From the NCBI GenBank assembly GCA_977030845.1, contig OZ365111.1:40920001-40984000 (forward strand): DNA of 64,000 bases, read 5' to 3'. This document shows positions 1 to 12,883 of this stretch, piece after piece (the stretch's first letter is position 1; the number at the start of each line of letters is the position of its first letter). The notes under the pieces were generated by a model that was not told the origin of the DNA, ran no database searches, and was given only the letters and a program-made list of their open reading frames with translations. Origin of the DNA: Fimbriosthenelais zetlandica (lineage: Eukaryota). Made by a program: the position numbers and the translations under genes.

Positions 1-3000
1 CCAGGCTCTCTTCTCCAGCATCTGCCCCCATCATGTTCCCCCCTCATCCTCTCCCCATCATAGCCAGCGGTGCTGCCTCTGGCAGATGTTCTATTTAGCA
101 GACCTGGTTCCCAGCAAGCACCCCCCTCCAACAACTCCCTGCCCACCACACCTCCTCCCTACAGGATTCTTACAGATGAATGACGATGTACCATCCCCCC
201 GTGAGAAACTCTTCCTAATCTGGTACATTCATGAATTGGCCGTCTCTAAGCTGATTGGAACTCACAAAAAAATCATGCTCAATATAAGGAGCATGGTCTG
301 ATTGGAAATGAAGCTATCTTATCAGAACAGGTCTGAAATGTTAGGATGGTTAAAAGCAGTTCAAAGATTGGGGTACAGAAATGTGGGCACATATCTTAAC
401 AGGTGTGAAGGTGGTAAGCAGCATATGGAAATTGGAGATGGCATCAGGCAGTGGCAGCAATAAACAGACGTGTCATTAGGAGCTTGTATAATGTTGATCA
501 GATATATAAGGCTGTGTCAGAATCATGTTCGTCCATGCTTTCATTGCATTCAGCTCATGACTTCCATCTCACCTCTGGTATGTGAGACGAAGGTGGGGAT
601 CTGTGACCCAACACATCACCCCTATATACAGTGTCCCAGTCCATTGACCACTCTGACCATTAATAAGCATCAATCCCCCAGCAAGCATCTGCCCTGGAGG
701 AAGGCATTATAAGCTCACTGCTATAACCACCTCCCTGTGCAGTCGCTCAGACGACCGGGTGAGGGAGTGGCATAAATACCTTGACCGATGATGCATGAAA
801 TGTTTGCAGTGACCGCGCTCGATTGGGCAGAGCAGAGGAAATAGCCAATGCTGTGATTGCCACCACGGTAAGAGAGGCATACAGAGCGTCCGAGCTGCAG
901 CTCAGATTACAGCGCCAATTGGATTTACAGCACCCACAGACAACGAACTATCCACTAATGATGGCCAAAATCAGATCAGACAACCAATGAAAAATGGACA
1001 GTGCTCGGGTCAGGGGTCGGTGGTTTGTGTATATATATGCAGCAAGGGGACGTGGAGAAATACAGGGGGAAGTAAGTAGGTATGGAGCAGGGCCCGTAAA
1101 GGAGTATAGGGGGAGCAAGGGAGCAGAGTTATAGCGGGATGGGGTATAAGGAGATGGTGAGGTGCAGAGAGGAAGTATAGGGAAGGGGATTGGGCACACG
1201 TTTGGGGTGCAGGCAATGCCAGGTGATTTAGATGGCTGGGTGGTCAATTGGCATTCTGCCAGAGGATTGACCATTCTAACTGACCAGCAAACTGACCATA
1301 TCCTGGTTAGGTGGGACTTGATACCCTATAAGCAACACAGTATATAGGCATTTGGGTAACAATATAATACTATCATAAATTGCCTAAACTTTAATAGGAA
1401 AACCAGCCGGAGAGTATTAATATTTTGAAGAGTTTCTCTCATTTTCCATTTAATAGGAATATATATGAAACTTAGTTAAGAAGGCATTTTCTTTCATATT
1501 AGGATTAAGCAGCATCCCTTTTTTGCTCACCTTCCTCTAGTGTTTAACACTAACGCGTTGACCTTGATTGGAAGTGATATAAATTGCTCCATACAAGAAA
1601 CCTTCTTGCCGTGTCCGGATAATGTGATTTACTATAGATCAGGTCTCGCTCTGCTCTGACGCCATCAATTCTCTCTCCGTACCATGCAGCCCTCCATCTA
1701 CCCATGCCAGATTCAATCCCATAAAAACCTACATATCGGCAAACCCATACATAAGGGGCCTTATCATCAGTCTTAGCTTGCCCCACTGCTCCTCAACCGA
1801 ACCCAGGAACCCATACTGGCCAGCGTTGGCAGAATAACCTTGGGAGCCACAATCTCCAAGTCATTATGCTTATGTACCCTAGACCGTATATATATATAAG
1901 GCACTCGGTGCCAATGTATCTTTAGCCTATGACGTCAGTGTTAGTGATGCGATGTGTCTGTCGGGTGAGCCCCATGATGATCTCCTGCCGCAGGTCGGGG
2001 TCAGACTGAACCGATCACATCGCACAATTTCATTTGCCGACCTTGGATCTCTATAGGCCTGTGGATTCGGCCATCTTAGTCCCTGTCACTATTATTACAC
2101 TGGTGCCTATTCCAGTTGGGATGATGCTATAAGTGGAAGGTACGCGGCCAAGGCCAACAGCTAGACAATTTCAGCAGTTCGCATAACCCTCCTGGGGCTG
2201 ACACTAACAGTTTGTTCTTTTCAGGTCATTGGATGGTTAGATATTCAACCACATGTCATGCTTTGACTTAAATATGGATGAAACTATCACAGATATAAAC
2301 TGACAAAATATATCTCTGTGATATAATCAAGTATGCAGCCATCTCCTGTCTAAGAATATGTGTGACAAAACTGCCAATGAAACAAACTCATTAAGTTAAA
2401 TGCAAGTTGCATGATATATGTCATAGGCTCTTTTCTTTTATCGCAAATAGTATGGTTTTAGTCTAGCTTTTCGCAAAAATGCTGACACTGCCGGGCAAAG
2501 GGTCGTAGATAAAATGGGTCCCTAAGGACCCAGAAGCCAGTGTCACATCGTGGCTGGGAATATGAGCATAAAGGAAAATGTGTAGTGGGACAGTAGGGAC
2601 ATAAAGCAAGTGGCTCTAGCAGGTGCTATACTATAAGGCTGGAGGCGCTGGACTAGTGAACTAGCTGTACCAACCTGTCACACTACTGACACCGCCCTGT
2701 ATTGACATACACCGCTCCCCTCATAAAAGTCACACCTTCAGGCTCACTTAGATGTCCAGGATATAAGGCAAGAGAAACTTTTTTTTTCCAAAAGAACCAA
2801 TGATAAATTTATTTCCAGGCAGTGACAGGAATGCACAAAACGGTAAAAGAACAACCGCAAAAGGTATTCATTTCATTTCATCAGCAACTGGTAAATGGAA
2901 AAGGTCATTGCAAGAGGACAAAGCTCATTGGAAACTTTACAAGAAAATCAAGCCAAGGGCTTCCTGTCCATTGGAGAGAGAACAAGAAGAAAGGGCAAAG

Positions 3001-4103
3001 GCAGGCGAGGGGAACAATATTTAAGACTACAAATCATGCCGCATCTTGGTTCAAGATACGGAACGTCCGGAAGGAGAAGAAAGATGGCCACACTGGGCAA
3101 CATGCACTTGACATGAATGAGGTGCAGCCACCCTAGCACATGTTGGTCGCCATGGAAGGAAGCCCTCCGGACAGGCCGTCAATTATTCCATGACATTAAT
3201 AACCCTGAATTGTGGCTGAATGGCCCCATCCAATACTGCTGCTCTGTATTATCAACTCCAGTCTTGACAAGCAGGGGATAATAGACCGGTTCAAACGCCG
3301 GGCTGGGTGTAGTGTATTTGTGTGAGTTTTCCGTTTCTCTTTTTTGACCCAACCGCTGGCGCTGTTGTTACCCCAGTCATTCCAACAGTGTCGTTAGTTT
3401 TGATAGTCTATTCACTGTCAGAGGAAAAGGAAACTGGCGATGAATTCCACACAATTAGATCTGCTACAGTCGTTCGAACCACATCAGAGAAAATACGGTT
3501 AAGCAATCAATTAAAATACCTTGCAAGGTTTGGGAATGGTGGAAGGATAGGAGAGGAGGTGGTGGTGGTTAGAGTTTGAGTGATATCTATAAGAGAGAGG
3601 CCTGCCCTCCCCACCAAGGGCGAAGGGGGCGAAGTAAATGTGCCCCTTTTATGACCTTGGATATGGAGCTAGTAAAATCGCCGCTTAGACCTGTGGTGAT
3701 AAACCCATTGTATATGGCAGGAGGTGGGGAGGTATGGGAGGGATACTGATCTAACACACGGCCTCTGGGACGATCAATATTGGCGGGTGAGGGGATGGAC
3801 TAGGCTTTGGTTGCAGGTAAAAAGGGGAAGAGATTCACAGGGGTTAAACTTATGTACATTGGTGCACAGTCAAAGGCGGTGCATCTATGGATGGCAATAA
3901 GTTAGGTAAGGGGGAGATTTAATTGGTAATGTTGGTGAAACAGGAAAAAAAAGGTTTATCTTAGGCAGTGCATGAACAGATGTATATTCCTGAAAGGAGT
4001 CGGCCTATACCTACACCAGGTAAAGTCATTACATGCCTGGGAAATGTTCTCCATTATGGCATATATTGCAAACTAAGTCTCTTAAGAAGACTATTAATCA
4101 TTC

Positions 4104-4133
4104 GGCATGGCGTTAAATCGCCATTCGTTCACT
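4104..4133 (+). mobile_element. Second, older fragment of the same retroposon 3' end
   Basis: GGCATGGCGTTAAATCGCCATTCGTTCACT matches the 16350-16411 element with a decayed tail. Confidence 0.6.
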
Positions 4134-7076
4134 TAATAATTTTCTTCTATTTAAATTGGGTCCAAATCATGCTCATTTCTTCTTTGCAGGCAGCTTGGGA
4201 TAATTTCAAATGATCAGTTTCTCCATCTACATCTACAAGGCATTCATTGCAGACTCCATGTGATGTAGGCAAAGCTCAGCAGATCTTATAAAACACCAGC
4301 CTCCGAAAAAAAACCCATGTTCAGTACCAAAGTACATCAAGTTTGAATCTTCCTCAATGACAAATAACATTACTCTGCCTCCACTGCCACAGTGCCAAAT
4401 ACCATAGTGAACTCCCACTGCAGAGATCTCCCGCCAAAACACACCCGGCGCAAGCGGCCAGCAATCTAGTCCCATTTCCTGTGCCACATCCGACCACTTT
4501 TGATTTGCTTCGAGTGGAAAATGAATTTGGCGGCCGGGGTGTGTGTGTCGCCGTTGCTACTAGAGGGTGGTGGCAGCAGCCTGAATAGGCCGGATAATGA
4601 TGGGCACTGGCTTGTGTCAGGGACACAATTTGTGGAGCACCAAGAGAAAGTGGAGGAACACCAAATGCATTCTGATGTCAGATGCCCCTGCTGCTCCCAT
4701 GTCCTCCGTCGTGGCCCTTAGGTGTCAATGAGGGTGTCTCACAGGTCGCTGATCCACTGGGCTGGCCGATCCATCGCACTGGCCGACCTTACATCATCTG
4801 ACCCGTGCTCAAGCACTCTCACACCCGCGAGCTTATCACCGTAGATGGTCCTTAATGTCAAGGATGTTTTTCATCACCTTCAATTTATCACCCCCGTAGA
4901 TCTCTCTAGGTGTTAGCCCTAAAAAAAATAAGCATCAGGAAAACGAGGCAGACGCGGGAGAGAATGGGCTCATTTCCTCCCGACCTCGGTGCAAGTTTGA
5001 AAACCTGTAAAACTACAATTGGTAAATGAAGTATGTCTAGGGTCATACGAAGAGGCAGGTGTTGCAGAATTAGGATCCACTATCCTATGCCTTAACGCTA
5101 TTTTGAGATTTTTTTCATTTCTTCTTTGGCACTTTATAATGTGATTGGCATTGTAAATTGGAAATAGTATACACTATTTGATCTCGTATGTGACCATATC
5201 TCACTTCATCTTGCATGGTCTCGCAACATCAAATGTGTATTTACCAAAGTAATTATCAAATGATGTGTAGAAATATTCTGCGCAGTTTCGCAAACGGAAG
5301 AACTGAATTTACCAAGTGATCCGTTCCTATACTGCATGTCCACCAGCTCACTTTGCACTGCAGCAAGATTGGATTGGTATTTTGACACTCGATGCACAAC
5401 AAGCATCAATTAGGCACCGAGTTCTCTGGCCTTTCATCCTGCCGGCCAGAAGCCTTTGCTCGAGCCCATCAAGCTTGGCTAGCCTCATTGATAAGTGCCA
5501 AAAAGGAAGGTAAACCTTTCCATACATTTCCAGGCGAGGCTGAAACTTTCCCCACTAACACCCAAGTGTTGGAACGACCTTTCTGGGACCTGAGTCAGCA
5601 GAAACTGGTGTATACCATACTCTCTTTTTCATCCCCATTCAAGCTCCACTGTCAATTTTTTTTTCAAACAAAAGTATCCAAGGTTCAGCAAGGATCCAAG
5701 GTTTGCACTGATTATCTTATCTGTGTAAGATATAGGAGAGGATAGGGATGGGTGTGGTTATAACAGCGCCAGGTGAATGATTAGAAATGGTTGAGGTGAA
5801 AACTCGAGGGATAGCAGGGTGTGAATCACAGAAGTGGTATGGTGGATTGGAGGTCTAGCTTCAAGGTCCCCCGGACAAAATGAAAGGTCCAAGGTCAAGA
5901 AATTCATCAGATGGAAAAAAAGTTGGGCAAATCCCCAAATGGACATACGAGCTACATCTAGGACTTAACAATTTTCACCTTAAGCTCCATGCATGTCTGC
6001 ATGTCAGTTCAGCAATTGTTAGGCTAACATCAAGAAAACGGCTCAGTGGATAACAAACATAATAAAGATTCAAGGTAAATCTGGGAAGGGAAAGGGAATA
6101 TCAAAAGTTGTAGCTTCCAGACAATGTTATAAGTTAATCGTCTTGTACAACAGCCCAATGGCAATGGACAACAGGCAACGTTTCCAGGGCTAAATCAGCG
6201 TACCAAAAGAGAACCATATAAAATGAAGTAGTTTAATCGTTTCCAGACAACGTTATAAATCGTCTAAGCTATTTTAGACTATTATCATTATTAGAAACCA
6301 CTACAATATCACAGGAAAAAGAAAGAGTGATATCTCATAGAAGACGACCACCTGATTAACGATGTCCCTGTATGAATACTAGACAAAACAAAATGAAGAC
6401 CGCCTCCAATACCTTTGATAAACTTGAATATAAATGACCTTGCCGCACAAGCACTGATCGATCACGATAACAATTCATACTCACATCTTCGCTATGGATC
6501 AGTAGGACTATTTTTTCCAACAGAATCCTATTATCAGTTGACAATATGTTTGACCATGCAGAAAGCATTGGCCTATTGATGGATGTAGCAAGGCATTGAC
6601 AAATGTGCAGGGGCCTGCCCACTGGTACAACTAATAGTACCTGCATTGATGGTTATACCAAGGATAGTACATTACAATTGTAAATGTGCTATCCTTGATC
6701 CTATCCTTCATGATTCAGAATCTGCTGCGGAGGAAATGCAGCAAAACAAATAGTTGCTGGACAGAGCTAAATTCAACACATCAACTTTTCTGTGAATAAG
6801 TTTTGGATGAGTTTCCAGGAGATTATTCTTTGATGTTAGAAACTTTGTGAAGGTCGTGTCTAGATACATTATAGTTGTGCAAATATGTTGAAGATTAGCC
6901 TCACTATTGTTTGTATGTGACAGTGAGAACTTGCAGACATACTGCCTGTATAAATTCAGGATATATTCAGACTTTTGGCTGGTTATTCTTCGTCCTCAGA
7001 TGTGTAAATGAGCAAAGGGATTGTCTTACGACATCCCAATGGTGTGAAAAATACAAAAGCCTGCAGCCTTCCCTAA

Positions 7077-8494
7077 TGCCCCAGTCACAGTGAGTTGGAA
7101 TCAGCAGGAATCAACCAGAACTAAAATTCGTGCTACAGTCGAGAAGGGCTTTCAAAAAGACGAAAATTTACAATGCAAGTCTACCTGAAAAGACATCACA
7201 CTAGTGTAGGAATGAGCCCGAATGTCATCTGAATCAAAGTTCTTTCTACATTCCTGGGTATTCGAATTGCATTTTACAGATTCCAATTGCATTCTGATGG
7301 AGTCCAAATGGATTCTGAATTTTTGGTCCAATTCTTGAGGCTAGTTGGAAAGTTTTGGTCAAGGTCAACACTTTCCAGTTACATTCTTACAGCAGAAATA
7401 TCGAACTGCATTCTAAATTATTCGAAATGCACTCAGGAAAACACCTGGAATGATTCTTCCACATTCTAAAATATAGGCTGGAATGCATTTGGAACGCAGT
7501 ACAAATATTTAGAATTCCCTTAGAATCCAGTAAGAATGTTTAGAATGCACTTAAAATGTCATACAAGTGTAGTTTGATTGCTGCTCGAATCCCCTTGAAG
7601 CCTGTTTCGAAGGAGCCTTAGAATCCACCTAGAATCGAAGAAGACTGCTCCCGGAATGTGGTTTGATCATCTAAGAATTAATGCAGAATGCAGCTCGACT
7701 ATACATATAATTAATGCATTTGGAAGAATCTTAGAATTCACCTGGAATAGAGAGAGAATGCTCTCGGAATTTGGTTTGATCACCCAAGAATTAAAACAGA
7801 ATGCAGCACGACTATCAACAGTTTTAGTTACTGAAAGCAGTAAATTTATATTATTTTATCCAGATTTCACCCTAATCTGATCAGAGATAAGAGAAAATTG
7901 TCCCTTTGCCACTTTCAATGTTTATGAACATTGTTACAACTTTGGTTTTATAAAAAAAATTGTATTTCTAGATACATTTGTTGGTCATCTCAGCTTGCTC
8001 TTGTATTCATATAATATTTTATTGAGAGCTTTAACACTGTTCATTCAAGTTCATCTTTTCACTTTAAACCGAAAAAACGAAAAGACACTCTGCAATAAAT
8101 TCACCGCCATTTAATTTGGAGTGGATAGAAAAATTAATCGTAAAATAGTAATTTTATTGACATTTTTACTTAGAATTCTCTCTGGAATTCTCTTCAGAAT
8201 TTCCCTCGAAGATAATAAGAATGTTCCGAATGCTGTTGGAATGCCATAAGACTATTTGGAATGTATTCGAAGTTCATTTAGAATGCACTTCGAATGTCAT
8301 TCAATATTTTTCCACAGGAACTCAGCTGGAAAGTTTTGAACATGAGCAAAGCGTTTGAGCTGGGCCAAGAATGGGTCAGAATATTTGGAATCCACTCAGA
8401 ATGTAGTTGGAATCTCTAGAAAGCAAATCGAATATCCAGGAATAGGAAACGATTTTCATTCCAACGGCATTCGGTCCCTCGTGTGATTGGGGTA
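7077..8494. mobile_element. ~1.42-kb non-autonomous DNA transposon, PIF/Harbinger-like
   Basis: TIRs TGCCCCAGTCACA (7077) and TGTGATTGGGGTA (8482-8494), 11/13 match; TAA on both sides (7074-7076, 8495-8497); interior full of GAAT/ATTC motifs with an internal ~120-bp duplication (~7620-7815); no transposase ORF. Confidence 0.7.
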
Positions 8495-9432
8495 TAAGAT
8501 AAACTTCCAGATAATGCAGATCCTTTCTTGTACCTTCCTATTACTTGAAGCCAAGAGAGAGCAATATTTTCTTGGCACAGCTGTCTTTGTGATCCATTCC
8601 CAAACTTTGTTCTTCTAGTTAGATAACATCCGGGCGTGCAGGAATCCAATTGAAGCCAAGATTGGAAGGATGCTCAGAAGTTGAGGGCTTGAGTGGGGGG
8701 GGGGGGGCCATAGAATTGTGATGCTTTCAACAGAGTACAGATTATTTGGCGTTATCTCAAACAACACAGTGCAGGGAATCAATCAGGCGCATGAGAAGGT
8801 AAAATAAAAGATCAATATTGTACAGGCTAACTCCAAGGACAAAACCACAATTTCAATATGCAAAAGATTGTCCTCAAATTCATAGCACATCACTTTTTTT
8901 TCATATTTTACATTGATGTACATTGAAAATTATTTTTATCTTATGACTAGAATGGAAAATGCTTATCATGATTTACAAAGTAATAAGTTGGTTCGAGTAT
9001 AAACTTGATATAAGGATAGGGCAGAAATTGGTCCCCACCCCCATTACTCTGTCCCCAGGAGAGAGAAGTGTATCTAGAAATTATTAAAGCATCTTCGCAG
9101 CGAGTGGCAGCTAGCCGTCATCTACTGGGTTATTCTGGGACCCATGGATCACAATGATAAAAGCTTCAAAAGGAGGAAACTTGCAGCCATCACGTCCGAA
9201 AGCTTTCCAAACCGCAGCAAATATCTCTTCCATCGGTGGGCCTCCAGAGAACAAAAGACGTGAATAAAAATTTACAGTTGGCTATGATTCTATCAGAACT
9301 GAGTTATGATCTCCTCCTGAGGACTTTTCTCAGAGAAATGTTTGCGGGGGTGGGGGTTTGGGGCCGGGGGGGGGGGGGGTTGCATGCGGGGATGTTGTAT
9401 AGGCTTTTTGAGTTAGGTGAAGAAGGACTTAC

Positions 9433-9559
9433 CACATTCAGACTTAGTGGTTCCAGCGCCCTGCGGTCACCCGCGCCTACAGATATCGGTTCTTCTGAAG
9501 CAGCTTTGCTGTTGGCTCGTGGATCCGTCTCTATTCTTGCCGGTCTTGACCCATATGGA
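9433..9559 (-). CDS. EHBP1: EHBP1 coding exon 7 (127 nt): (S)PYGSRPARIETDPRANSKAASEEPISVGAGDRRALEPLSLNV
   Basis: Polypyrimidine acceptor gcttctctttgtattctctag|T, donor GTG|gtaagt; phase 2 in matches exon 6; frame open. Linker sequence with no motif I recognise, so support is structural. Confidence 0.78.
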
Positions 9560-10905
9560 CTAGAGAATACAAAGAGAAGCAGGGAATCAATATATTATTG
9601 GCGGCTGGTCAGGCCTGGCAGGGCCACTTCCAGGTGTTATCTGTCTTGGGATAAGGCAGTGGAATATAGTGGATAAGGTGGAATAATTGCCTTGTCATAA
9701 TTAGGATCGCTCCATATAATGGCATTGATTATTGATAATAAAAGATGGTTTAAAGTGGAATGATTTAGATACTTCCTATCAACCCGGACCGAGTCTTTTC
9801 TTCTTGTGGGGCCCATTGTATTAAGATAAAAGAAACAATTCCAGTGGCCTTCCCTTCTATATTGATTTAAATCAATGGGTATGAGGTATAACCTATGGGG
9901 AACTGGCATGCATGATGGATCACATGCTGTCATATGGAGATAAACTCCCCCCCAGAGATTATTCCATTAATGAATTATTTCTGGTCTAACCACACTGCAT
10001 GGCAGTGCAGGTCCAGTTGCAGGCAAGTAAATCATATAAATACCCAATAACAAGAAACAGACACAATACATAAAGTTGACGTATAATCAAGTCAACATAA
10101 GCCTAGTCATACATCACTGATACTGTCCAGATGCCAGTGGCCCTATATATACACTAGCCCTTAAGACTAGGGGATGGAGAGATAGCACACACATTACAAG
10201 CCCTTGGGTAGGAACAGTTGTTTCGCTGCTCCAGGCTCTGCCCGACGGATCCCAAGGTGACATTAAACTGGCACATTCTGACAGATGCCACAAACAAATC
10301 CTTTGCTTGTCACATTTTTGAGAAAGCCATAACCGCCTCAATCACAAAGTCTATTGCTTTTTGCTATTTCATGTGGGCAGGCCATTATTCCGATGGCGGA
10401 GGCGGAGGTGGCCTATCTGGCCGGTAGATTAGATAGGAGTACATCAGGAAGCGAGGCAGACAGTGGGTGTCGTGTCATGCTGGCCACGACCGACAAATAC
10501 CCGACCACTGCCTCTCCCAGCAATTACATGCACTCTACATGTGGGAGCAATAAACATCTAGCCACTTTCCCTCCTCCCCCTCAATATAAGTATCTCATGC
10601 CTGGTCTAATACCATACATTTTGTTAGATATAAAACATGCCTTTAATATACGGGCAGGGGCTGGGTGAAAGTCATGGGAAAAGAGAAATAATTCTAACTC
10701 TCTGGACCCAGATAGAATGGCACAAGATATTGTTTCTTTTATTTATATATATTGCTTCTTGTACTGAGAGATCTCAATGTTGGAATATATCTCAAATGTA
10801 TCAATAATCATTAGTTAGTACCAAATTTACTTTTGCTTAAATATTGATTGCAGTATTCAAACTATTTAGCTCACCAATTATGGAGACAAATGTTAGTTGA
10901 ACAAA

Positions 10906-11139
10906 GATTTCTTTAATTGTTTAAAATCTTTTTCCCAACATCAAAATACATCAATTTGTTTAATGGTTTTTGGAACATTTTCCTTTAAAATGGGAAAGTT
11001 TCGACATAATTTGACCCGGAGGTCAGATTTCTATAACTGTTTAAAATCTTCCAACATCAAAATACATCAATTTGTTTAATGGTTTTTTGGATCATTTTCT
11101 TTTAAATGAGACAAAAGTTTCGACATAATTCGACCAGGA
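10906..11139. repeat. Tandem duplication, 2 x ~120 bp
   Basis: GATTTCT.TAA.TGTTTAAAATCTT...CCAACATCAAAATACATCAATTTGTTTAATGGTTTTT...AAAGTTTCGACATAATT starts at 10906 and 11026. Confidence 0.92.
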
Positions 11140-11188
11140 GATATACCCAATAAATGAGGCAGAGTCGCCAATAATAACAATATCTTAC

Positions 11189-11792
11189 CTTTCTGACACA
11201 GGGGGTCTTGGAGCCGGTCCTTTGGTCTTCCTCTTGGGTGTAAAGTTGGTAGGTGTGACAGGGGAGGCTGGAGTGATAGGTGTGCCTCCACTGCTCACCG
11301 GGGACGACCCCCCCTCACCCAGAGGAGCTTTACTTGGTGGAGGGGTGATAGGTCTGACAGGCTTCCTCCGGAGAGCCGGGGGTGTGGAAGGTGGGGTGCC
11401 CTGGTAGAGCGGCCTCACCGGGACTTGCGGTTGCTTGGCTTTCTCTTTGGTGTTCAGGTTGGCGGAGTGAGACTGGGTCATGGTTTGCTCAGGGCGTTTC
11501 CGGTCGATCGTCGAGGCAGCGCTGACGGGGTCCGATTTGGGGAGGCGAGGTTCAGAGTCATCGAAGGGGTTCGGGGAGCTTGGGTCATCGAAGGGGTTCG
11601 TATGAGATGGGGCTTCTTCTATGTCACGGCTGAATGGGTTGGTGTCTTCGAAGCCCTCCTCGAAGGGGTTGAGGGTGCGTTTAGGAGGAGGGGGTTGTGG
11701 TGCTTGGTATGATTGGTTTTGATAAGGTGGATGTTGGTATTGCTGTTGGTGTTGTATTGCAGGTTTTTGGTGTACTTTCTCAAAAATAGGTC
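11189..11792 (-). CDS. EHBP1: EHBP1 coding exon 6 (604 nt): Q/P-rich segment, four NPF motifs, Pro/Ser/Thr-rich region ending KRKTKGPAPRPPVSE
   Basis: tttttcag|GA CCT acceptor (phase 1), AG|gtaaga donor (phase 2); 200 open codons; NPF x4 (LNPFEE, TNPFSR, TNPFDD, PNPFDD). Confidence 0.92.
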
Positions 11793-12527
11793 CTGAAAAA
11801 ACAAAGATTAAACAATGCAATTAAACATTGGTGAGGTACAAGCTTGTTGGATTTATAGTTCATCGGACTGCTTTCACAAATACAGACGTTAGATTTGACA
11901 AATACAGACATTAAAGTTGGCCGTCATATTTACTGAAGCATGGAACACACTAATTCGATTCTCCAATCCGTCGCCATCCGAACCCTAATTTCTAATGGCA
12001 ACCAATGATTGAAATGTGGTTAGCCTTACCTAGATGTAAAGGTCTGTTGAAATTACAAGCATTTGGTGTGAATAGAAATATTATAGTTTGGGACAGCTAT
12101 CGGATGGAACCGGATAGAGAATCGGATTAGTGCGCTCCGGGCTAAAAGAGCATTTGGAAAACAAGTACAACTGCGTGGGTAAAAAAAAATGTAATGCTTC
12201 AATTCACAGAAAAGAGCAGCAATTGAAAATTCTAAGCCGCAATACACCCACAGGCATCTGCATCCACCGAGGCTGATTCACATATCAAACAGAGAACTCG
12301 CAATGTTTAAACCGTCCATGTGAGTCGGGGAAAGGTTAATGTCTTGTAAATCGTCATATAAAATACGGCCTGTGAAACTAAACATCCCACTGTCATCAGT
12401 GAGAAAGATGGAAATTGTCATGAGGAGGTAGGAGTATGGGTAAATGGATGCAGGATCCTTGTTCACATAATAATCATCATCTTCCTCCTCCTCGTCCAGT
12501 TTAATGACTCGAAACTTTTAATGACTT

Positions 12528-12744
12528 CAGGGTTCCCAGCAGTTCATGAAAACATAATTCCCTGAGTTTCCCTGAGTAAACCCTTAATTTAAATTCCAGG
12601 AGATATTTTAGTCATATAGAAGCACTGAACTTCAGTGGCGGACATGAGATTGTACGCGTCAACCTCCGAGAGATTATCCTTTTGAGTCAGTTTTGAAATT
12701 CCCTGATTTTTCCAGTTTATCTCAAATTCCCTGAGTGTTCCCTG
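12528..12744. mobile_element. Probable MITE remnant starting CAGGGTTCCCA with repeated TTCCCTGA motifs
   Basis: Starts cagggttcccagc; TTCCCTGA recurs four times; resembles a non-autonomous DNA-transposon terminus I recall from animal genomes; right TIR not intact. Confidence 0.4.
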
Positions 12745-12883
12745 TCTTGCAATACTTGCAATATTAACTTGTAAATTGAACAGCCTGAAAATACGCCGAA
12801 TGCCGGAATTGGAGCACCCAAAAAAATGTTCTAAGATAAAAAATCCCTACTCTTTTTTTATTTCTATTCCGAATAAGACTTAC

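Noticed and set aside
4230-5620. Possible decayed retroelement or transposase (QQGHLTSEC zinc-knuckle-like fragment; semi-open minus frames)
   Set aside because: Too many stops and no second diagnostic motif; cannot be assigned without a profile search.
9236-9676. 146-aa plus-strand ORF
   Set aside because: Antisense shadow of exon 7 plus a poly-G run; no homology recognised.
11222-11712. Several ORFs overlapping exon 6 in other frames or strand
   Set aside because: Shadows of the GC-rich coding exon.
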